A DNA stretch of 64,000 nt from Longimicrobiales bacterium (GTDB lineage: Bacteria > Gemmatimonadota > Gemmatimonadetes > Longimicrobiales > Gaopeijiaceae). The stretch is from the NCBI GenBank assembly GCA_965226375.1, contig CBDDCX010000006.1, forward strand, positions 512,001-576,000, written 5' to 3'. Below, piece by piece: positions 9,182 to 19,230 of the stretch. Under the pieces are notes generated by a model. That model saw nothing but the letters and a program-made list of their open reading frames with translations. It made no database searches and was not told the origin of the DNA. How positions within the stretch are numbered: position 1 is the first letter of the stretch; each line of letters opens with the position of its first letter. The translations under genes and the position numbers were made by a program.

Positions 9182-10543
9182 ATGAGTGATGTCCAGGAGT
9201 ACATCGGAGACGGGCTGCAGCGCTTCACCGACGAGATCTTCGAATTCATACGCATCCCGTCGGTCAGCGCCAAGTCGGATCACGATGACGACACACGCCG
9301 TGCGGCGGAGTGGCTCGAGGCGAGGATGCTGGACGCCGGCCTCGAGGCTGAGGTCATCGAAACACTGGGACATCCCATTGTACTGGGGGAGTGGCGCGGA
9401 GCCGGCGAAGACGCCCCGACCGTCCTCGTATACGGTCACTACGACGTGCAGCCTCCCGAACCGCTGGAGCTCTGGGATTCCCCGCCCTTCGAGCCGGAGT
9501 TCCGGGAAGGTCGTCTATATGGTCGTGGCTCGGCCGACGACAAGGGCCAGCTCTACCTTCATGTGAAGGCAGCCGAGGCCCACCTGAAAGCCGGGGGCGG
9601 GCTCCCCGTGAACCTCATCATCCTGGCCGAGGGTGAAGAGGAGGTGGGCTCGCAGAATCTGGTTCCTTTCGTCGAAGCGAACAGCGATCGGCTCGCATGT
9701 GACGCGGTAGTCATCTCCGATACGGCGATGTTCGCCCCTGGGCTGCCGTCTCTCCTCTTTTCGCTGCGGGGCATCGCGTACTGCGAGATCCACGTGGAGG
9801 GCCCGTCCAGTGACCTTCACTCCGGTGCGTATGGCGGCCCCGTGGTCAATCCTGCCATGGCGCTTGCGCAGATTCTGGCCACCCTGTTCGACGACCAGGG
9901 CCGCATCGTTATCGACGGCTTCTATGACGATGTATTGGATTGGGACGCCGAAACTCGGGACGGTATTCGAAGCCTGCCTTTCGACGAGGCGGACTTCGCC
10001 TCATCGGTCGGGGCGACTCTCGCCGGGGGTGAGAAGGGATATTCGGTCCCCGAGAGGCTCTGGATCCGGCCGACGTGTGAAGTGAACGGACTGCTCTCGG
10101 GCTACACCGGAGAAGGCGCGAAGACCGTACTTCCAGCAAAGGCCATGGCCAAGGTGAGCTTCCGACTGGTGGCCGACCAGAGTCCCGAACGCGTCTACGA
10201 ACTGGTGCGAGCCCATGTTGCCAAGGTCACTCCTACCGGCGTCACGACCCGGGTCGAGGAACTCCACGGTGGCATGCCCTGGCGAGCCCAGCTGAGCGAC
10301 GACCTCAAGGAAGCCGCGACAGCAGCCTTGTTGAAGGCATTCGGTGCGGCACCCGTGTTGGCAGGCGAGGGCGGGAGCATACCCATTGTAGGGGAGTTCG
10401 AGCGGGTTCTGGGCGCGCCGGCGTTACTGCTCGGCTTCTCTCTGCCGGGGGCGAATCTGCACGCACCGAACGAGTGGTTCCCTCAGGAGAACATCGAGAA
10501 GGGCATCCGGGCATTGGCATATCTCTATGAGGAACTCGGCTAG
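9182..10543 (+). CDS. M20 family metallo-dipeptidase
   Basis: YGHYDVQP, GRGSADDKG, EGEEEVGS, DLHSG, GGSIP, HAPNE. Confidence 0.92.
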   Translation: MSDVQEYIGDGLQRFTDEIFEFIRIPSVSAKSDHDDDTRRAAEWLEARMLDAGLEAEVIETLGHPIVLGEWRGAGEDAPTVLVYGHYDVQPPEPLELWDSPPFEPEFREGRLYGRGSADDKGQLYLHVKAAEAHLKAGGGLPVNLIILAEGEEEVGSQNLVPFVEANSDRLACDAVVISDTAMFAPGLPSLLFSLRGIAYCEIHVEGPSSDLHSGAYGGPVVNPAMALAQILATLFDDQGRIVIDGFYDDVLDWDAETRDGIRSLPFDEADFASSVGATLAGGEKGYSVPERLWIRPTCEVNGLLSGYTGEGAKTVLPAKAMAKVSFRLVADQSPERVYELVRAHVAKVTPTGVTTRVEELHGGMPWRAQLSDDLKEAATAALLKAFGAAPVLAGEGGSIPIVGEFERVLGAPALLLGFSLPGANLHAPNEWFPQENIEKGIRALAYLYEELG

Positions 10544-10592
10544 TCGCAGACCGCTGGCAGCCGCCTGCCGAGTGACTAACGGTCGGTTCCGC

Positions 10593-12113
10593 CTAGGAGT
10601 CGGCCTCGCCTGGAGGATTTCCCGGAGGCAGCATTGCGCCGGCCCGTAAGAGGGCACGTGCCTTGTTGAGCGTCTCCTCATACTCCCGGTCCGGATCCGA
10701 GTCGACCACGATCCCGGCACCGGCCTGGACATACGCGGTGCCGTCCTTCACCACGACCGTTCGGATCGTGATGGCCGTATCCATAGCTGCTCCGCCCCAA
10801 CTGAAGTGACCCACGGCCCCTGCATACGGGCCTCGCCTCACCGGCTCCAGCTCGTCGATGATCTCCATGGCCCGGACCTTGGGGGCTCCGGAGACCGTCC
10901 CGGCGGGAAAGCAGGCCCGGAACACGTCCATGGCGGATAGGCCCGGCTGGAGTCTGCCCTCGACCTGGCTGACAAGGTGCATGACGTGCGAGTATCGCTC
11001 GACGACCATCAGGTCGGGGACCCCCACCGATCCGTACTCGGCCACCCGTCCCACGTCATTGCGCCCCAGATCGACCAGCATACGATGCTCCGCCAACTCT
11101 TTCTCATCGTCGGCCAGTTCCTGCGCGAGTACCCGATCCTGTTCCGGGGTGGTGCCCCTTGGCCGGGTCCCGGCGATCGGTCGCACCGTCACGACCCCGT
11201 CCTCGACCCGGACCAGGACCTCTGGTGAACTCCCCACTAGGCAAAGGCCATCGAGCTCCAGAAAGTAGAGATAGGGGGACGGGTTCAGTGACCGAAGCGC
11301 TCGATAAAGGTCGAAGGGTCCACCAGGGAGCTGCATCTCGAGGCGTTGGCTGAGCACGACCTGGAACGCGTCACCGGCCATGATGTAATCACGGATCTTC
11401 TCGACAGCGGCCCCGAACTCCTCGCGGCTCATGGTGCTCGTGAAGCTCGGATCTTCATCGGGTTCCGGACCGAGTTCCAGGGCAGGTGGCGCCTCCTCCT
11501 CTGATAGCCGAGACACCAGTGCCTGCGTCTTGTCACCCGCCAGATCGTACCGCCTACGGAGCTCCTCCTCGCTCAGACCATCCTCGACCTCGACCGTTGC
11601 GATTGCCATTGCACGCCCCAGAAGGTTGTCGATGGCAAGCACGACATCGATAAAGACGAAGAGTCCGTCCGGAAGGTGCAGATCGTCTGGCGGCCCATCG
11701 GGTAACTTCTCGATCTGGCGCACCACGTCGTACCCGAAGTACCCTACTGCGCCTCCCCACAGCCGGGGTAGGCCTCCGGTCGCGAGTGGTTCTCTGGCTC
11801 GCAGCCGCTCGTCGAGATCGGTCAGAGGGTCGTCGGTGGCGATGGGGGTCCAACCATCGGCTTGGGTCCACAGTTCAGCTCGGCCCTGGACCAGGCGCCA
11901 GGCTGCGGCGGGTTCGCTCCCCAAAAACGTGTATCGAGCCCATTGCTCGCCTCCGACTACGGACTCGAGAAGAAAGCCGAAGGGAGGACGTCGAATCTTG
12001 GCATAGGCGGTGACGGCAGTGTCTACATCGAACAAGAACTCTCTCCACACCGGAAGGACGCCGGCGCGACCCGCCTGTGCGCGGAACTCTTCGAAGGTGG
12101 GCTTGAGTTGCAT
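10593..12113 (-). CDS. trpE: Anthranilate synthase component I
   Basis: FLLES, GDAFQVVLSQR, NPSPY, PIAGTR, EHRMLVDLGRND, YSHVMH, FPAGTVSGAPK, AGAGIV. Confidence 0.93.
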   Translation of the reverse strand: MQLKPTFEEFRAQAGRAGVLPVWREFLFDVDTAVTAYAKIRRPPFGFLLESVVGGEQWARYTFLGSEPAAAWRLVQGRAELWTQADGWTPIATDDPLTDLDERLRAREPLATGGLPRLWGGAVGYFGYDVVRQIEKLPDGPPDDLHLPDGLFVFIDVVLAIDNLLGRAMAIATVEVEDGLSEEELRRRYDLAGDKTQALVSRLSEEEAPPALELGPEPDEDPSFTSTMSREEFGAAVEKIRDYIMAGDAFQVVLSQRLEMQLPGGPFDLYRALRSLNPSPYLYFLELDGLCLVGSSPEVLVRVEDGVVTVRPIAGTRPRGTTPEQDRVLAQELADDEKELAEHRMLVDLGRNDVGRVAEYGSVGVPDLMVVERYSHVMHLVSQVEGRLQPGLSAMDVFRACFPAGTVSGAPKVRAMEIIDELEPVRRGPYAGAVGHFSWGGAAMDTAITIRTVVVKDGTAYVQAGAGIVVDSDPDREYEETLNKARALLRAGAMLPPGNPPGEADS

Positions 12114-12176
12114 GGACCTGATTCGTCATGTGAGAGAGGCCCCGGGTCGAGGCCTGGAGAACTTATGAGTGAACTG

Positions 12177-12220
12177 AAAAAGGGAAAGATCTCCCGGGTT
12201 GTCGCGGTCGACACCGGGAG
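12177..12220 (-). terminator. Intrinsic terminator-like hairpin in the trpE 5' leader
   Basis: Minus strand CTCCCGG-TGTCG-ACCG-CGACA-A-CCCGGGAG followed by ATCTTTCCCTTTTT. Confidence 0.55.
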
Positions 12221-12376
12221 GAGCCGATGGTGGTCCTGGAGTACAGCTCGACCACGTGGGTTCCGGAGCGGTGGCGGCTGATGTTGGACGACTGGGGAAG
12301 CCTGCACCTCTCGGCACAGTAGGAGGACCGCTGTGCTATCTTGATGCCGCCGTACAGCACTCGAACCAGGAACGAG

Positions 12377-14716
12377 ATGAGCCACACTGAACCTGAAAGT
12401 GGCCCCAGGCTGGTCGCAGATAACGAGCCGAGGGTGACAGACGGTCCTAAAGTCGAGGCGCCGCCCTACCGCTGGGCGGCCTTTGTCGCTTTGGGGGTGG
12501 GCCTTCTATACTCGCTGACGCTGGCTCCCACGACCGCGTTCTGGGACACGAGCGAATACATCGCCACCGGGCACATCCTCGGCATTCCGCATCCACCGGG
12601 AAATCCTCTCTTCGTGGTGCTCGCCCGGGCATGGGACATCCTTCTAGCGCCCCTCGGGCTGGCAGTGGCTACCCGCATCAATCTCTTCTCGGCACTCATG
12701 GGGAGCCTGGCCCACGGCCTCTGGTTCCTGGCTGTCTACCATATCCTCGGGTTCTTCTCAGCCGATCGACGCTTCAGGCTGGTCGGCGCCGTAACCGCGG
12801 TGCTCGTAAGCGCCACTGCCTTTACGGTCTGGCATCAGTCAAATGTGAACGAGAAGGTGTACACGGTCTCGCTCTTCACCATCGCTTTGTTGACATGGCT
12901 CGCGTTCCACTGGCGGGAAAACCTGGGAAGGGGCAGGGACGACAACCTGCTCGTACTCATGGCCTTCATTCTGGCACTTTCCGTGGGGAACCACCTGATG
13001 GCGTTCCTGGCCGCCCCGGCTCTGGGCGTATTCATCCTGCTGGTCTCACCTCGGACTCTGCTCAACTGGAGACTCTACGCGGTGGGGGCGGTGGCCGTCT
13101 TCCTCGGCCTCTCCATTCACCTTTTTCTGCCGCTTCGTGCAGGCCTGGCGCCGGTAATCAATCAGGCCGATCCGACCTGCTCGAGCGTATCGAGCGCCCT
13201 GACGAGCATCGTTACTTGGGGGCAGGCAGGGTGTGCGGACTTGTCGGCATCCCTCTCGAGACAGCAATACGACAAGCCGCCGCTCTTCCCGCGCCTGGCG
13301 GCCCTGGGTTCTCAATATGCGAACTATCTGCAGTACTTCGACTGGCAATGGGCCAGAGGAGTGGCCGGACCCGACACCGTATTCCCGCTTCTCAGGCTCC
13401 CCTTCACCTTTCTGTTCGCGGCGCTCGGGGTCTTCGGCGCGAGCCAGCACCTTCGCCGCGATCCGGCCACGGGGCTCTACACCTTGGTCCTTTTCGCCAC
13501 GCTGTCGCTGGGGCTCGTCTTCTACCTGAACTTCAAGTACGGCTACTCCCTCGCGTCGCCTACCCCAGGCCTCCAATTCCACGAGGTGCGTGAGCGCGAC
13601 TACTTCTTCGTTGTCGGCTTCTCGATCTGGGGACTTTGGGCCGGAACAGGCATCGCGGCCCTGTGGCAGCGGTTTGCCGAGCACCTGAAGGGTAATTGGC
13701 TACGGGCGTCACCCGTGCTGTTGGTAGCGCTCGTGCCGCTCCTTCTCAACTGGTCCTGGGCCAGCCGCAAGGGCGACTATTCGGCCAGGGACTGGGGATA
13801 CAACCTCCTCATGAGCGTGGAGCCATATGGTGTGCTCTTCACCAACGGGGACAATGACACGTTCCCCCTTTGGTATCTCCAGGAAGCCGAGGGTATCCGC
13901 CAGGACGTCACGGTCATCGTCACGTCCTACCTCAACACCGACTGGTACACCAAGCAGATCCGTGACCTGACTCGCCCCTGTCCGGCCGGCGTGGACCCCG
14001 CACAGAGTCCCACGACCATCGTCTGCCAGCGTCCCTACCACGCCGCGTCTACGTCGGCGATGTATACCCATGATCGTGCCGAGGCAGAGGGGCTGGGCAA
14101 GATCGGGATCTTGATGGACGAGTCGGTGACGACCCCACTGAAATCCCTACTCGCCCTGGAAGACTCCGTCATCGAGCAGGTAGCGAGTGCCGCCGGGTAC
14201 TTCTCGATGGAAGAGGACCGCGACTTCCGCCTTGGTCCAGTGGTGGCCAGGCTGGAGGGGGGTGCGGTGGTTTTCCCCTGGCAGCAGTTCGCGTTGTCGA
14301 TCATCCAGAACAGTATCGACGACCGGCCCATCTACTTCGCTTCCAGTGGCAACGCGGCGCGGTCCCTGGGGCTGTCGCCCTATCTGGTCAGACAGGGGCT
14401 CGCCTTTCGGCTCAACCCGGGCCCTCCGGACTTGAGCCCGACAAACGTTCTCATGCAGGACGCCAGCCTGGTGCCGGTCACAGGGCCGTGGCTCGACGAG
14501 GAAAGAACCCGAGCGTTGGTCGACGAAGTGTTCATGCACCGGGGTGGAATTCCCGACGGATGGCTACACTGGCCTGATCGCTCGACCATCGGGATTCCCT
14601 ATTACTACACCTGGGCCTACGCGGCGCTGGTGCAGGCAGCGATCCAGAGCGACGACCCGAGTGCCGCGGCTCCGTATGAGGAGCGTTTGGTCGCGTGGCA
14701 GACCTTGGCGCAGTAG
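12377..14716 (+). CDS. DUF2723 / TMEM260-like multi-pass membrane glycosyltransferase
   Basis: TLAPTTAFWDTSEYIA, GIPHPPGNPLF, EVRERDYFF, LFTNGDNDTFPLWYLQE motifs. Confidence 0.8.
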   Translation: MSHTEPESGPRLVADNEPRVTDGPKVEAPPYRWAAFVALGVGLLYSLTLAPTTAFWDTSEYIATGHILGIPHPPGNPLFVVLARAWDILLAPLGLAVATRINLFSALMGSLAHGLWFLAVYHILGFFSADRRFRLVGAVTAVLVSATAFTVWHQSNVNEKVYTVSLFTIALLTWLAFHWRENLGRGRDDNLLVLMAFILALSVGNHLMAFLAAPALGVFILLVSPRTLLNWRLYAVGAVAVFLGLSIHLFLPLRAGLAPVINQADPTCSSVSSALTSIVTWGQAGCADLSASLSRQQYDKPPLFPRLAALGSQYANYLQYFDWQWARGVAGPDTVFPLLRLPFTFLFAALGVFGASQHLRRDPATGLYTLVLFATLSLGLVFYLNFKYGYSLASPTPGLQFHEVRERDYFFVVGFSIWGLWAGTGIAALWQRFAEHLKGNWLRASPVLLVALVPLLLNWSWASRKGDYSARDWGYNLLMSVEPYGVLFTNGDNDTFPLWYLQEAEGIRQDVTVIVTSYLNTDWYTKQIRDLTRPCPAGVDPAQSPTTIVCQRPYHAASTSAMYTHDRAEAEGLGKIGILMDESVTTPLKSLLALEDSVIEQVASAAGYFSMEEDRDFRLGPVVARLEGGAVVFPWQQFALSIIQNSIDDRPIYFASSGNAARSLGLSPYLVRQGLAFRLNPGPPDLSPTNVLMQDASLVPVTGPWLDEERTRALVDEVFMHRGGIPDGWLHWPDRSTIGIPYYYTWAYAALVQAAIQSDDPSAAAPYEERLVAWQTLAQ

Positions 14717-14833
14717 TTCCGGCTCCCGTCGACCCTAGCCTGTCCCCGCCGTGTGAGGGGCCGGGGATGGCGGCGGCACAACCTCGATCGCTATCCTCTC
14801 CTGGAACCGAAATCCCTGCCAGGAGGAATCCCC

Positions 14834-15271
14834 GTGAGCAGTGTCCCGCAAAACCTCGAAAATCACGCCAAGTTCGTGCCCCTGTACCACTTCGTGTCCT
14901 TTGGGCTCATCGCGGTCTACACGCTTTGGTCATTGTACGTCGCAGTGACCGCTTTCTCCGTCGGGGCGCTCATGTCGCTCTTCCTGGGCGTCGGCATTGT
15001 CTTCGTCTTCTTCTTCTCCAGGCTGTTCCCACTTGGCGTACAGGATCGGGTGATTCGTCTGGAGGAACGTGTGCGCCTGGAGCGCCTTCTGGGATCCGAG
15101 CGGCACGACGCCATCTACGGGATGGACACTGAACTGCTGATCGGCCTCCGGTTCGCCTCCGACGGTGAGGTCGCTGACCTCTTCAACGCGATCGTCTCCG
15201 AAGGCATCTCCGACCGGGCCGAGGTTAAGAAGCGCGTGAAGAACTGGCGGACCGACAACCAGCGGATCTGA
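14834..15271 (+). CDS. DUF6526-like small membrane protein
   Basis: AGGAGG RBS, QNLENHAKFVPLYHFV, QDRVIRLEE, LIGLRFASD, NWRTDNQRI. Confidence 0.65.
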   Translation: MSSVPQNLENHAKFVPLYHFVSFGLIAVYTLWSLYVAVTAFSVGALMSLFLGVGIVFVFFFSRLFPLGVQDRVIRLEERVRLERLLGSERHDAIYGMDTELLIGLRFASDGEVADLFNAIVSEGISDRAEVKKRVKNWRTDNQRI

Positions 15272-15294
15272 CGCACAGACGTTCAGGTCCTCAG

Positions 15295-15897
15295 TTGGAA
15301 GCGCACTCACGATCGAGCGGGACCACGGCCTCTGATCCGCCTCCGGGCCACAGTTTCGAGGCGGAGATGATTCTGCAGATCGTGCAGACCGTCGACCGCT
15401 GGTACGTCGGCGTGCAGGACGTGGCCCGGTCGGTCGGCATTCTCGGTTCGGGACGGGAGTCGATCCAGGAGTCAGAGGAGGACGGTCTTCGGTACGCCGA
15501 ATTTCCGGACCTCGAGGACGAGGGTTGGCCGGGCTTCCGTATGGTACTTCCCCCCGAGGCCGCGTTCAGTCACGCGACGTCCGGCGTTTTCTACAGGGGC
15601 GCCCACTATCGCACGGACTTGGTGCGCGAAGAGCTCGTCGTGAGGTACAAGGCGGCCTTGGCAGATGCCGGACTCCGCTATCAATCCCGTGACGGCCCTA
15701 AGGATGACTTTCTTCGGACAGGGGACTTGGGTGGCGACGTCAGAATCCGTATCACCCGGAGCCGACGAGGGTGCACCACTGTCTCCACCGGACAGTATCG
15801 AGACCGTGAGAGGGTCGAAGCCGCCATCCGCGAGGCGGCCGAGCGAATGAAATCGGGTGGGACCGACACCGACCCGAGGGAATCAATGGACGCGTAG
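15295..15897 (+). CDS. Hypothetical protein (start may be 15367)
   Basis: 200-codon ORF filling the gap between neighbouring genes; no motif recognised. Confidence 0.45.
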   Translation: MEAHSRSSGTTASDPPPGHSFEAEMILQIVQTVDRWYVGVQDVARSVGILGSGRESIQESEEDGLRYAEFPDLEDEGWPGFRMVLPPEAAFSHATSGVFYRGAHYRTDLVREELVVRYKAALADAGLRYQSRDGPKDDFLRTGDLGGDVRIRITRSRRGCTTVSTGQYRDRERVEAAIREAAERMKSGGTDTDPRESMDA

Positions 15898-17301
15898 CTT
15901 TCCCACGCCGCTACTTCGGACACGCGTCTGGGGAGCGCCTGCCCGGTCCACACGCAGATCCACGATCCAATCGAACGATTCCGGAATCGTATCCAGAATC
16001 TCGCCCCGGCAGAAGAGAAGGATCTTCGGGACGCGAGGCATCATGCCCCTGAGGAGCCCGACGGCCCGGACCTTGGCCTCAGGCTCGAGACGGTCGAATG
16101 TGTCCCCGAGGAGCACTTCTTCAAACTGAATGCCCTGCGCGCCCCCGAGATGGATCAGCGCCAAGCGGAGAGCGAACAGATAGGCAGCCACCTCTTCGTC
16201 GGACTGCAGCCGTCTCTCTCCCTCGTCCCGAATCACCGTCGGCTCTCCGTCTCCGGTGAGTCCCACGCCCAGAACGCCACCGCTAGTCAGGCGATTCAGG
16301 TAACGGCCGGTCCGGGTCGCCAGCTTATCCCGGGCGTCGGAGAGCAACTCTGCTCGCAGAGCCTCCAGGGCCCTGCGACGCCGATCGACTCCTTCATCCT
16401 CGCTGGTGGTTGCGTGGTCCTCGACCCGCGCCGACTTGCGCCGGTCCCTCGAGGTGCCGGCCGCCCGAACGGCAGCCAGCGTATCCTCGGCCTCCGCAAG
16501 CTCCGGCAGCCGCGCACGGAGACGCTCTACCTCTTCCGCGCATTCTTCGATGGTGGCCTGAAGCCGGATCGCCTTCCCCTCCAGGTCTTGAAGGTGAATG
16601 GGCTTGAAGTCCAACTGCTCCCGACGACGCTTCCACCAACTGCCGTCCTGAACCACCGACTCCCACTCTTCACCGAGAACCGCCAGGACCGACTTGAACC
16701 GCTCGGCTAACAAGCGATCGCAGGTAGGACACTCACTGTCCGGGCCTCCGGCCTCCATCTGCTGGAGCCGTACCTTCAATTCCCGGGCCCGGTCCCGATA
16801 GGCGAGGAGGTGCGTCTCGGCATCCTGCCTCTCACGCAGCCACTCCATGTTGGCCACCTCCATATCGCCGCTCACCTCTACGGCGTCGGCCCGCATTTCG
16901 CGGACCTCACGTTCCTTCCTCACCACGGCCTCCGGGAGCCGACGAAGCTCCTGGACCCGAGCACGAAGGTTGTCCACTCCCGAATCCATCGAGGTGTGGC
17001 TCGACCTCACCGAACTCTCTCCCTCCAGATTCGCAATTTCACTGTCCACTCCGTCCATTCCGAGCCACTGCGCCAACACTCGGACAGCGCGACGCCACGC
17101 CTGTGCAGGCTCCTTCAGACCGTGCCCGGCAACCAGCGTCGCCAAGCGCTCCTCTCCCTTCACCAGGGGGCCGGCAAGCCGTTCCAGGACTTCACTGCGG
17201 AGTGGCCCATCACCACCGACAAGCGCGGCAAGACCAGGACCCAGCCGAAAGCCCGGCCAGTCCGGATCGATCAACGTTGTACCGATATCGAGGCTGCTCA
17301 A
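15883..17301 (-). CDS. SbcC/Rad50-like C-terminal half (zinc hook plus coiled coil, degenerate ABC motifs)
   Basis: ECPTCDR hook, long coiled coil, LFALRLAL and LLGDTFDRLE at signature/Walker B positions, own RBS AGGAGA, no Walker A. Confidence 0.7.
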   Translation of the reverse strand: MSSLDIGTTLIDPDWPGFRLGPGLAALVGGDGPLRSEVLERLAGPLVKGEERLATLVAGHGLKEPAQAWRRAVRVLAQWLGMDGVDSEIANLEGESSVRSSHTSMDSGVDNLRARVQELRRLPEAVVRKEREVREMRADAVEVSGDMEVANMEWLRERQDAETHLLAYRDRARELKVRLQQMEAGGPDSECPTCDRLLAERFKSVLAVLGEEWESVVQDGSWWKRRREQLDFKPIHLQDLEGKAIRLQATIEECAEEVERLRARLPELAEAEDTLAAVRAAGTSRDRRKSARVEDHATTSEDEGVDRRRRALEALRAELLSDARDKLATRTGRYLNRLTSGGVLGVGLTGDGEPTVIRDEGERRLQSDEEVAAYLFALRLALIHLGGAQGIQFEEVLLGDTFDRLEPEAKVRAVGLLRGMMPRVPKILLFCRGEILDTIPESFDWIVDLRVDRAGAPQTRVRSSGVGKLRVH

Positions 17302-17356
17302 CGCTTAGTTCTCCTAGGAGCCTGTGGACCACCCACTTCAATTCTTCGATAGACCT

Positions 17357-18442
17357 CTACCATTGCGTGGCTGGCAGACAACCTTCCACCAGCCGTACCA
17401 GATCCTCGAGGCTGTCCCCATCCCCATCCTCCGCCAGGCGCTTTGCCAACCGGGACGCCAAGCGCATGGACGGCCTCTCCTCAGCAGCCTCCGCCCCTCT
17501 GGTGTGCTCATCGAGTTGGACCTCCAGGTGCAAGGCCCTGCGTCGATATTCCGGCAACAACCCCTGCAGCAAGTCCAAGCGACCCGGTGGAAGCCCCTCT
17601 ATGCGAATACGTACAATCTTCTCCTCGATTCCACCCGGGACTTCGTCGAGTACTTCCCGGACACGCTCACGGAGCCGATCCGGTCGATCGTTCTCATACG
17701 GTATCGAAGCCAAGGAGACGACGGGGCGACCGTGGACGGCGTGGAATCGAACGCGCCCCGACTCCAGCTCGCACGTCAGAAAGCCCTTCTCCTCAGCCGC
17801 TTCCTCCCACGGCGTGGATCCCACCCGCTCGAGGGATCCCGCATAGTGCACCGGCCCCCCGACCTGCCGTCGATGGTGCTCGTAACCCAGGGCTACGTAG
17901 TCCCATTCCGAGGAATCCAGTGAGATGATTGCCTCGTCCCCTCCGTCGGTGGATCCATAACCTGCGAGCACATTCCACCGTGCGTCGGGGTTGGGAGCCA
18001 CCGGTGGAGGTGGCCCCTGCAGTGTGGCCCGATGGGGAACGAGCGTCACGTTCAAGTCCAGTTGAGAGTAGTACACCGAGCGCGTCGTTCCGGTCACGGC
18101 CTCGACTGCCGCCATCGTGTCGAACGTGGCCAACGGACCCGGATCCGCCACCGGGGCAGGTGTGTCTCGGGCTCCCGCCACGAGGAGGACCGGAGCCTCC
18201 GGAAGGGCCTCTCGGAGGGCCCGGAGGCCCTGAGCGAGGGCCACCAACGCTGAATGAGGGGGTTCCGGCCGGTCGAACACATCACCCGCAAGGATGATCG
18301 CCGCCGGCTTGAGTCCTATGACCCTGTCGATGGCCTGGTGGAACGCGCGGGAAACATCCGCCTCCCGGACGTTGCGACCCTGCTCCACGTGGGCGTACGC
18401 GCGATATCCCAGATGAAGGTCCGAGAGATGGGCGATGATCAT
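17357..18442 (-). CDS. SbcD/Mre11-like metallophosphoesterase with degenerate motifs
   Basis: HLSDLHLG, AGDVFD, WDYVALG, YAGSLER, EEKGFL; GNHD is replaced by GARD and GHxH by GYEH. Confidence 0.8.
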   Translation of the reverse strand: MIIAHLSDLHLGYRAYAHVEQGRNVREADVSRAFHQAIDRVIGLKPAAIILAGDVFDRPEPPHSALVALAQGLRALREALPEAPVLLVAGARDTPAPVADPGPLATFDTMAAVEAVTGTTRSVYYSQLDLNVTLVPHRATLQGPPPPVAPNPDARWNVLAGYGSTDGGDEAIISLDSSEWDYVALGYEHHRRQVGGPVHYAGSLERVGSTPWEEAAEEKGFLTCELESGRVRFHAVHGRPVVSLASIPYENDRPDRLRERVREVLDEVPGGIEEKIVRIRIEGLPPGRLDLLQGLLPEYRRRALHLEVQLDEHTRGAEAAEERPSMRLASRLAKRLAEDGDGDSLEDLVRLVEGCLPATQW

Positions 18443-19134
18443 GAGCTCCCGCTCTCGAATTCAGGATCCGACGGTACTTCGGCGACGGATCCCACCTCGG
18501 TTGTCACGTCACCTTCCGACGCTGGCCCGGTTCCCAGCAGCGTGGCCATACCCTCGTCCGACACCTCCTGCAGCCTCTCCAGAATCGAACCCTGCAGCAG
18601 AGCGGTGCCAGACAGCACGATGAGAAAGAAGAGCAACAAAGAGGGGGCACCGAGGCGCGACAGCCCGCTCGACCCGGCCATCAGAACCCCGAGAGCGGCA
18701 CCCAAAAACGCGAACGCGCCTGAGCTGTTTCGCCCGACAGTCGTCGCGACCGTAGATATCGCCGCCAGCAGACGACCACAAGCGTACAGTGGCAAGGCTC
18801 CCAACAAGGCCAAACCGAACGCTTGCGTGCGAGCCACGGCCCCGAACCCTTCCCCAAACGTCCAGGCGACCGTAAAGGCCGACGCGGCCAAGAAGGCAAC
18901 GAGAACGGACAGCCATCGCTGCCGGAGTACTCTGACCACCCTCGGCCAATCCTCCCCCACCGGGGGGCTGGCAAGTCCCACGCCAAGTGACACCAGCTCC
19001 ACCGCCACGATCAGCGTCAACGATCTGAGCATTCCTTCGCCCGAATACAGTAGGAGAGCCACGGCCACAGCCGCCGCTGTGGCCGCAGCCGCTCCCACCA
19101 CGAAAGAAGGCACCCAAACCAGGCGGGCCCTCAA
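18439..19134 (-). CDS. Membrane protein resembling the N-terminal TM region of spermidine-synthase-like proteins
   Basis: About 6 hydrophobic segments; stop overlaps the sbcD-like start (ATGA). Confidence 0.5.
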   Translation of the reverse strand: MRARLVWVPSFVVGAAAATAAAVAVALLLYSGEGMLRSLTLIVAVELVSLGVGLASPPVGEDWPRVVRVLRQRWLSVLVAFLAASAFTVAWTFGEGFGAVARTQAFGLALLGALPLYACGRLLAAISTVATTVGRNSSGAFAFLGAALGVLMAGSSGLSRLGAPSLLLFFLIVLSGTALLQGSILERLQEVSDEGMATLLGTGPASEGDVTTEVGSVAEVPSDPEFESGSS

Positions 19135-19230
19135 CGTGTGGCCGTATTCCGTAAAGCGACCTCGTCCGGGGCCGGCCTGTGGTAAGGCGACATCTTTGAT
19201 TTCCCCCAGGGGCCGGGATAGTTTTTCCGC

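Noticed and set aside
12114..12340. T-box riboswitch upstream of trpE
   Set aside because: No T-box consensus (GGTGGNACCGCG) on the trpE strand
15520..17270. WPGFR pentapeptide shared by the hypothetical protein at 15295 and the SbcC-like N-terminus
   Set aside because: No similarity beyond five residues; treated as coincidence
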